DNA from: an uncultured euryarchaeote
Lineage (GTDB): Archaea > Thermoplasmatota > Poseidoniia > Poseidoniales > Poseidoniaceae
DNA: 64,000 nucleotides
Direction of reading: 5' to 3'
Assembly: GCA_937899865.1 (NCBI GenBank)
Contig: CALBRH010000051.1
Span: 96,001 to 160,000 of the forward strand
Both the position numbers and the translations under genes were made by a program. Of the stretch, positions 59,001 to 64,000 are shown one piece after another. The notes beneath the pieces were generated by a model. That model saw only the letters and a program-made list of their open reading frames with translations. It was not told where the DNA came from and did not search any database. Position 1 is the stretch's first letter; every line of letters starts with the position of its first letter.

Positions 59001-60001
59001 GTGAAATATCTAACTCTGATAGTGACAATTTAGTTGCTTTACACGATTGGATAAACAATGCTTGCTCAAATGGTGCTGTACCTGTTGTAACAGGTCTAAA
59101 TGGAGACATGGATACTGTTGGTTCGGCAATTTCACTTGCTGCCTCAAATGCTAATATGATGGCTTGTGGACTTCATCTTGGACGGGTGTCTAAGCGCGTC
59201 TGTGGAGAATTATCAGCTCCATTTAGAAAGATAAGTAACTTTGCTGATTTCCCAAAAAATCTTGGTGGCATAATTTTTGTTGATGCAGCATCACCAAGCC
59301 AAATAGGGATTGAACTACCAGAAAATATTCCAAAATGTATTATTGATCACCATGTATCTAATGAATGGGACATTGGTGATTCTGACCTACTAGTGAAAAT
59401 GCCAGTTTCTGCTACTACTGAAATTGTTGCTAAATATCTTAATGCACATTCACCAGAAACACTCACAGAATCTGTAAGAAAACTATTGCTTGCTGGCCTT
59501 CTAACTGATAGTGGTAGATTCAAACACAACCAAAAAGAATCTTTCAATACTGCAGATTTAATTTTGAATGGCTCAAATATAGATTATGCGAGATTTGTTG
59601 AGTGGTTAGAATCTAATGAGATTAATTCAAGTGAAAGAGGTAGTTTACTTCGAGGTCTTCAAAGAGCAAAAGCGACCGAATCTGGTGATTGGTCAATTGT
59701 TCACTCGTATTGTGGGACTTTGGAAGGACGATTAGCTAGTTTACTACTTGGTATCGGCCATGATATTTCTCTTGTCAGTAGAAATCGAGATGGAGAAACT
59801 AGATTAACTGCACGTGCAACTAAAGATGCAACTTCTCAAGGATTATCTCTAGCCAAAATTATGACTTCAGTTGCCCAACAAATTGGAGGAGAAGGTGGCG
59901 GTCACGATGGTGCAGCAGGATGGAGTGGTAATGTCGATAGAATTACTGCGGAGAGTTCATTTATCTCCCACGTTGCAAAAATTTCACGGAGTGTTGAGTA
60001 G
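58997..60001 (+). CDS. DHH/DHHA1 family phosphoesterase (NrnA-like)
   Basis: DMDTVGSA, FVD, IDHH, LTDSGRF, GGGHDGAAG. Confidence 0.85.
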   Translation: MSEISNSDSDNLVALHDWINNACSNGAVPVVTGLNGDMDTVGSAISLAASNANMMACGLHLGRVSKRVCGELSAPFRKISNFADFPKNLGGIIFVDAASPSQIGIELPENIPKCIIDHHVSNEWDIGDSDLLVKMPVSATTEIVAKYLNAHSPETLTESVRKLLLAGLLTDSGRFKHNQKESFNTADLILNGSNIDYARFVEWLESNEINSSERGSLLRGLQRAKATESGDWSIVHSYCGTLEGRLASLLLGIGHDISLVSRNRDGETRLTARATKDATSQGLSLAKIMTSVAQQIGGEGGGHDGAAGWSGNVDRITAESSFISHVAKISRSVE

Positions 60002-60003
60002 TA

Positions 60004-61068
60004 ATGTCTGAAATTGAAGTGCCTAATTCTCCAGGTAAGTTTGTTTCAAAATGGCGAACTGATGGACCTGTAGACAATATCACATTAGGTAATTGGAAGG
60101 ACGAAATGGAAATAGAATCATGGCTGATGATTGCTGAGGCAGCACTTTTTCTTGATGCTGCTGAATTATTCGAACAGGTAAAGGAGAACCTATCAACTGC
60201 TGAATTAGCAACTATTGGTTTAGTAAGACGTAGAATGCTTGGCGATAACAAGTTAGAGCAAGCGATTAATGAGGCTATTGAAATTGCCAAAAATCCTGAA
60301 ACACGTGATTTGAAGTTAGAGGGGCGTCTAAGAATGGAAAGAGGCTTAACTAGATTTGAAAGTGGAGATATTGAGGGTGCAAAAGAAGATTTGGAATGGG
60401 CTGAATTAAGATTGAAGTCAGTTGCTAAAGCAAGTCGTGATCATGATTTGTCATTGCTCAATAGGGCTGCATTATTGATGGCAACGAACGCACCACTAAT
60501 GGCACTAAATGTATACTCTGAGATTACAAGAGATAGTGACCATGCTCATGAGACAATTGCTATATCGAGATTAGGGGCTTCGCGCATTAGAGCTTCATTA
60601 GGGCACATGTTTGATGCTACACGTCATGCTTGGAACGCACATGCACATGCAATCAAAGCGTATCAAACCAATATGGCAATTGAAGCAGGAACACTATTCA
60701 TAGAATTATCATTATCAAATATTTCTAAAGATGCTGAAAGAATGCAATTTCAAGTTGACAATGCTAAGCCTAGAAAGGTCGAAGACCCTGAACCAGCCCT
60801 TTTAGTGAACCCGTTAGATATCAATGGAGTATTTGATTGGTGTTTCAACAATTTGCCAAAATCAAACATTGGCGAGCATAGACCAGATCTTAGAGCAATG
60901 GTTAGCATCGCTAAAAATCTCGATAAATTGGATTATTTCAAAGATTTATTCAGCGAACCTGATGAAGTTGAAGACGCGACACTTGCTGCAATGATACAAG
61001 TATGCATTGACGATGAAGAACATGCGAAAATTTGGGGCGAAAGATTATCTGTCTTGACACTTATTTGA
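60004..61068 (+). CDS. Hypothetical helical-repeat (TPR-like) protein
   Basis: 354 aa with repeated Ala/Leu-rich helices; 2 nt after the DHH gene. Confidence 0.65.
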   Translation: MSEIEVPNSPGKFVSKWRTDGPVDNITLGNWKDEMEIESWLMIAEAALFLDAAELFEQVKENLSTAELATIGLVRRRMLGDNKLEQAINEAIEIAKNPETRDLKLEGRLRMERGLTRFESGDIEGAKEDLEWAELRLKSVAKASRDHDLSLLNRAALLMATNAPLMALNVYSEITRDSDHAHETIAISRLGASRIRASLGHMFDATRHAWNAHAHAIKAYQTNMAIEAGTLFIELSLSNISKDAERMQFQVDNAKPRKVEDPEPALLVNPLDINGVFDWCFNNLPKSNIGEHRPDLRAMVSIAKNLDKLDYFKDLFSEPDEVEDATLAAMIQVCIDDEEHAKIWGERLSVLTLI

Positions 61069-61459
61069 GTGATAATTTCCAATTATCTAAATCAAGGAAT
61101 TCTTGTTCAGTCCACATAATCACAGGTGGTACTTCATTCCACCATGCAATCTCATCTACTTTATCGTCACTAATATGCCAACTTTGGTCTGAAGGAGATA
61201 AGTCAGTAACTACATGAGCCACCCATCCTTCAGGATAATATTGCTTATTCCACTCTCTAATTGTTACATGGAGACCGGTTTCTTCTTTTACCTCTCTAAT
61301 TAATGCCTGCTCGGGAGATTCTCCATCATTGAGATGGCCTCCTGGAATTTCCCAGCCACGTTCGGGGTGTTTGACAAACACAACATGCCCACCAGATTGC
61401 ATCGACAAATTATCCTCTAAGGTCGAGGTAATCCAAGCAAGAACAAATTTTGGAAGCAT
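61061..61459 (-). CDS. Nudix hydrolase
   Basis: Nudix box [27 protein letters not shown] 61459 lies just after the TPR gene stop. Confidence 0.9.
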   Translation of the reverse strand: MLPKFVLAWITSTLEDNLSMQSGGHVVFVKHPERGWEIPGGHLNDGESPEQALIREVKEETGLHVTIREWNKQYYPEGWVAHVVTDLSPSDQSWHISDDKVDEIAWWNEVPPVIMWTEQEFLDLDNWKLSLK

Positions 61460-61460
61460 T

Positions 61461-62462
61461 TCAATCAAGACCCAAACGTGCTTGTTCCATATACTGTTCA
61501 GCCCAATTTTCACCTTGGGCAACAAGTCTTCTAGCAACGAAAAATGCTTCAGAAAAATCTTTTTGACCTAGTAAACGAATCAATTTTTGTTCATCATTAT
61601 TTACTACTGAAACTTCCTCTTCTAAATCTTCCAATTTTTCTTCTATTGTTGAAACACGGCTTGCCAATGCCACCATTTGGTCGAGGAATTCTTCACGCTT
61701 AGAAACTGGTGGCCGTGTCCAAATTTTTTCATCATCGCCATCCATTCTAGCTGTCAATCGACTCATGTATTCATCTCTGACATTACTATGAGAACGCAAT
61801 GTTTGCACATGGTCATAACATATCCATGCTTCTTCTGTTTTATTCAAGCGCTCATATAATCGCCCCAATTCTAACCACAATTCATGATTCTGCGGCCTGT
61901 GTGCTAACAAGTTTCTAGCTAATTCAATGAACAAATCTATTTGTCCAGAATCTCTAATCCTCTCTATCCTTCTGCCAAAAATGATGTTTGCTCTTTGGTC
62001 TCTAAAATCAAGTCTTTTACAACGTTCAACAAATCCACTAAGATTTTCTAACGATTCATTTGGTGAATTAATTTGCTGCCACCATACATCAGGATCAAGA
62101 GGGTCTCTAGCAAATGCTGCTTCCAATAATTCAAGTCCAAGTTTTAGAAAATCAATATCTTTTAACTGCTCAATTTGTTCAGGATCTCTACCTAAAATTG
62201 AAAACAAGTCCTCCAATACTGCACTCAAACCTTCTCCATCACCAATTATTACCTTGATGTCAGCTAAACATCGCCAATTATTTTCATCGGTAAAATCATG
62301 TAAAATTGCTTGCCTAGCACTCTGTTCTGCCCAACCAATATTATCATTAAACCTACTTTCATCCATTGTTGCTAATTTGGCAAATTTTTTGGCTTGGGAG
62401 CGATAACGATTACCAAGATTTCTTCTTGGATGTTGTAAGAGGTCCTTACTGTCCTCTAGCAA
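61461..62462 (-). CDS. TPR-containing hypothetical protein
   Basis: [28 protein letters not shown] is TPR-like. Confidence 0.7.
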   Translation of the reverse strand: MLEDSKDLLQHPRRNLGNRYRSQAKKFAKLATMDESRFNDNIGWAEQSARQAILHDFTDENNWRCLADIKVIIGDGEGLSAVLEDLFSILGRDPEQIEQLKDIDFLKLGLELLEAAFARDPLDPDVWWQQINSPNESLENLSGFVERCKRLDFRDQRANIIFGRRIERIRDSGQIDLFIELARNLLAHRPQNHELWLELGRLYERLNKTEEAWICYDHVQTLRSHSNVRDEYMSRLTARMDGDDEKIWTRPPVSKREEFLDQMVALASRVSTIEEKLEDLEEEVSVVNNDEQKLIRLLGQKDFSEAFFVARRLVAQGENWAEQYMEQARLGLD

Positions 62463-62471
62463 ATAAACACC

Positions 62472-63743
62472 TCACTGAACAGACATAAAGCCAGATTTAT
62501 CTACGCCAAAAGCAATTGTCGCATCAAAACCAACCTTTGAGGTAGTACCATCATCATTTCTCGATGGGTCTAATGAACTCCCTTTTTGATTTGACAGGAT
62601 TATAGTATCCTTATCTGGTTGCCATCTTGTAACCATAGCCCACTCTACTCTAACTGGATCTCCAATGTCAATATCTTCGTCAACAACTGTTACCATTTTC
62701 ATACTTCTATGTCCAGCAAGTGCAGCCTCAATTGCTTTAATTCCGTCATCAGCGTTTTTCTTGCGAATTTTAACAACTGCTGCCAACCAACCACAACCAC
62801 CTTCTGTCATGTGAACATCTAAACACTCACAAACTTTTGAAACCGCATCCTTAATTGTTGGAGAACGAGGCAAACCCATTAGGGTCTTATGCTCTGCTTC
62901 ACCAGGAATAAGTGCGTGAAAAATTGGATCGTTTCGATGAACTAATCCATCGAATTCAATAACTGGTTCTTGACGAACATCGTCGATTGTACCTGTAATG
63001 TCTACATACGGACCTTCATCGTCATTTTCTAGTGTGATTTTACCCCAAAAGACATATTCTGAGGACGCTGGAACTTCTACACCATTTGGCATCTTAGTTA
63101 ATCGAAGTGGCTTTTTATACAACTTTTCATGAAGTGCAGCAGCGATGGTTAACTCGTCAATATTTTCATCAAATGACATTGCAGCTGCTAACAAAACCAC
63201 GGGGTCTGGGGCATTAACTACGGCAACATCTACCGTGTCTCCATTTGCTCTAGCAGTTGTCATCATAGTTCGTAAATGACGAGGTACTAAACGAACTACT
63301 GTATGATTTTTGTCACGAAGGAATTGCCGATGAAAAGACATGTTTCTAATTCCATTGTACTGAGCAATAATTACGCTAGCAGAAGAATATCTTCCACGAT
63401 CTTGAGGCCAATGGTGAGGAATGGGGATAGCTTCTAAATTGACTGTAGATTGAATATTCTCAAAGCATTCTGCATTTGATGAATCTACAATTTCAGGAGA
63501 TGCTGGGTTTTTCATTGCCCAAGCGAGTGTATCAATATATTCTCCTGGACTAATTCCAATAGCAGCGCATAATCTATCTCTTGTCAACAGATTAACTGCA
63601 GCTTTGTGACCTGGAGTTTCAGTAATATTATCAAAAACCAATAATGGATGATTATTGTCTTTGGAGTACTCCCACATACCGTGAATTAAACTAATTGGTT
63701 GGGAAATTGTTTCTGCAGCACCGAGATGGTCTCTAAAGGCCAT
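62472..63743 (-). CDS. UbiD-family prFMN-dependent decarboxylase
   Basis: IPIPHHWPQDRGRY, NMSFHR, RHL, EGPYVDITG, VVDEDIDI, VEWAMVTRWQP, GSSLDPS, KVGFDAT. Confidence 0.92.
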   Translation of the reverse strand: MAFRDHLGAAETISQPISLIHGMWEYSKDNNHPLLVFDNITETPGHKAAVNLLTRDRLCAAIGISPGEYIDTLAWAMKNPASPEIVDSSNAECFENIQSTVNLEAIPIPHHWPQDRGRYSSASVIIAQYNGIRNMSFHRQFLRDKNHTVVRLVPRHLRTMMTTARANGDTVDVAVVNAPDPVVLLAAAMSFDENIDELTIAAALHEKLYKKPLRLTKMPNGVEVPASSEYVFWGKITLENDDEGPYVDITGTIDDVRQEPVIEFDGLVHRNDPIFHALIPGEAEHKTLMGLPRSPTIKDAVSKVCECLDVHMTEGGCGWLAAVVKIRKKNADDGIKAIEAALAGHRSMKMVTVVDEDIDIGDPVRVEWAMVTRWQPDKDTIILSNQKGSSLDPSRNDDGTTSKVGFDATIAFGVDKSGFMSVQ

Positions 63744-63909
63744 ATTATGGCCAATTGAAACAATTGCTTAACCTTTCATACTAAATTCGGCATTTTTTAA
63801 GATAAAATAGCATCAGTTACATTATTCCAGTAATCACTTTTTCCAAGTTCAAGGGTCGTTGTTAAATAGGGGCTTCAAGTCGGCGAATTGCTTCAATGAG
63901 GTGTATCAC

Positions 63910-64000
63910 ATGGGTAGAGGACTATTCGCAGGTGCAAAGATGGCTAAAGACCGACAAAAATTTCGTTGGTCGGATCGTAGATATAAGAAGCGTATGTTGA
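63910..64000 (+). CDS. rps12: 30S ribosomal protein S12 (uS12), 5' fragment running off the right edge
   Basis: Manual translation MGRGLFAGAKMAKDRQKFRWSDRRYKKRML matches the archaeal uS12 N-terminus; GAGGTG SD at 63898-63903. Confidence 0.9.
   Translation, partial: MGRGLFAGAKMAKDRQKFRWSDRRYKKRML

Noticed and set aside
1811-62822. Dozens of 60-170 aa ORFs in the track nested in or antisense to the called genes (e.g. 3469-3975, 21350-21799, 27809-28252, 34922-35413, 43260-43706, 61927-62406)
   Set aside because: They overlap well-supported genes, show antisense-typical composition (Ser/Ile/Pro-rich) and have no motifs.
1-64000. tRNA, rRNA, SRP RNA, integrase or transposase
   Set aside because: No T-loop/cloverleaf, long GC-rich intergenic tract or recombinase motif seen; intergenic gaps are all under about 170 nt. 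tRNAscan-SE and Infernal were not run.

Overview
A densely packed, AT-rich archaeal chromosomal segment with about 53 CDSs. I saw no rRNA, tRNA, CRISPR array or mobile element by eye. Archaeal information-processing genes (priS, rfcL, SRP54, tiaS, proteasome alpha, exosome rrp4/41/42, L37ae, Pcc1, prefoldin beta, uS12, archaeal-type MetRS/ProRS/GlyRS), GGTGA-type Shine-Dalgarno motifs, an archaeosortase and large Ca-binding surface proteins point to Thermoplasmatota, most likely Marine Group II (Poseidoniales). That placement is inference; no marker search was run. Content in order: partial metG; CNNM/CorC protein; a minus-strand run (mqnD, DOHH-like, Zn finger, priS, hypothetical, RDD, hydrolase); WD40 surface protein; mqnA and mqnE; P2A ATPase; OPT transporter; split transketolase, arylsulfotransferase-like protein and transaldolase; proS; SRP54 with a Get3/ArsA-HSP20 ATPase; transglutaminase-like protein with trkAH; rfcL; glyS; geranylgeranyl reductase; a 1761-aa Lhr; a lectin/LamG/PPC surface protein next to an archaeosortase; HAD phosphatase; tiaS; purB; Dph6-like; the proteasome/exosome superoperon; Nudix, TPR and UbiD; start of rps12. 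The most striking item is a 159-aa protein resembling one half of eukaryotic deoxyhypusine hydroxylase (DOHH), with both His-Glu motifs, an enzyme generally regarded as missing from archaea. All calls come from motif recognition and recalled family sequences, not database searches.
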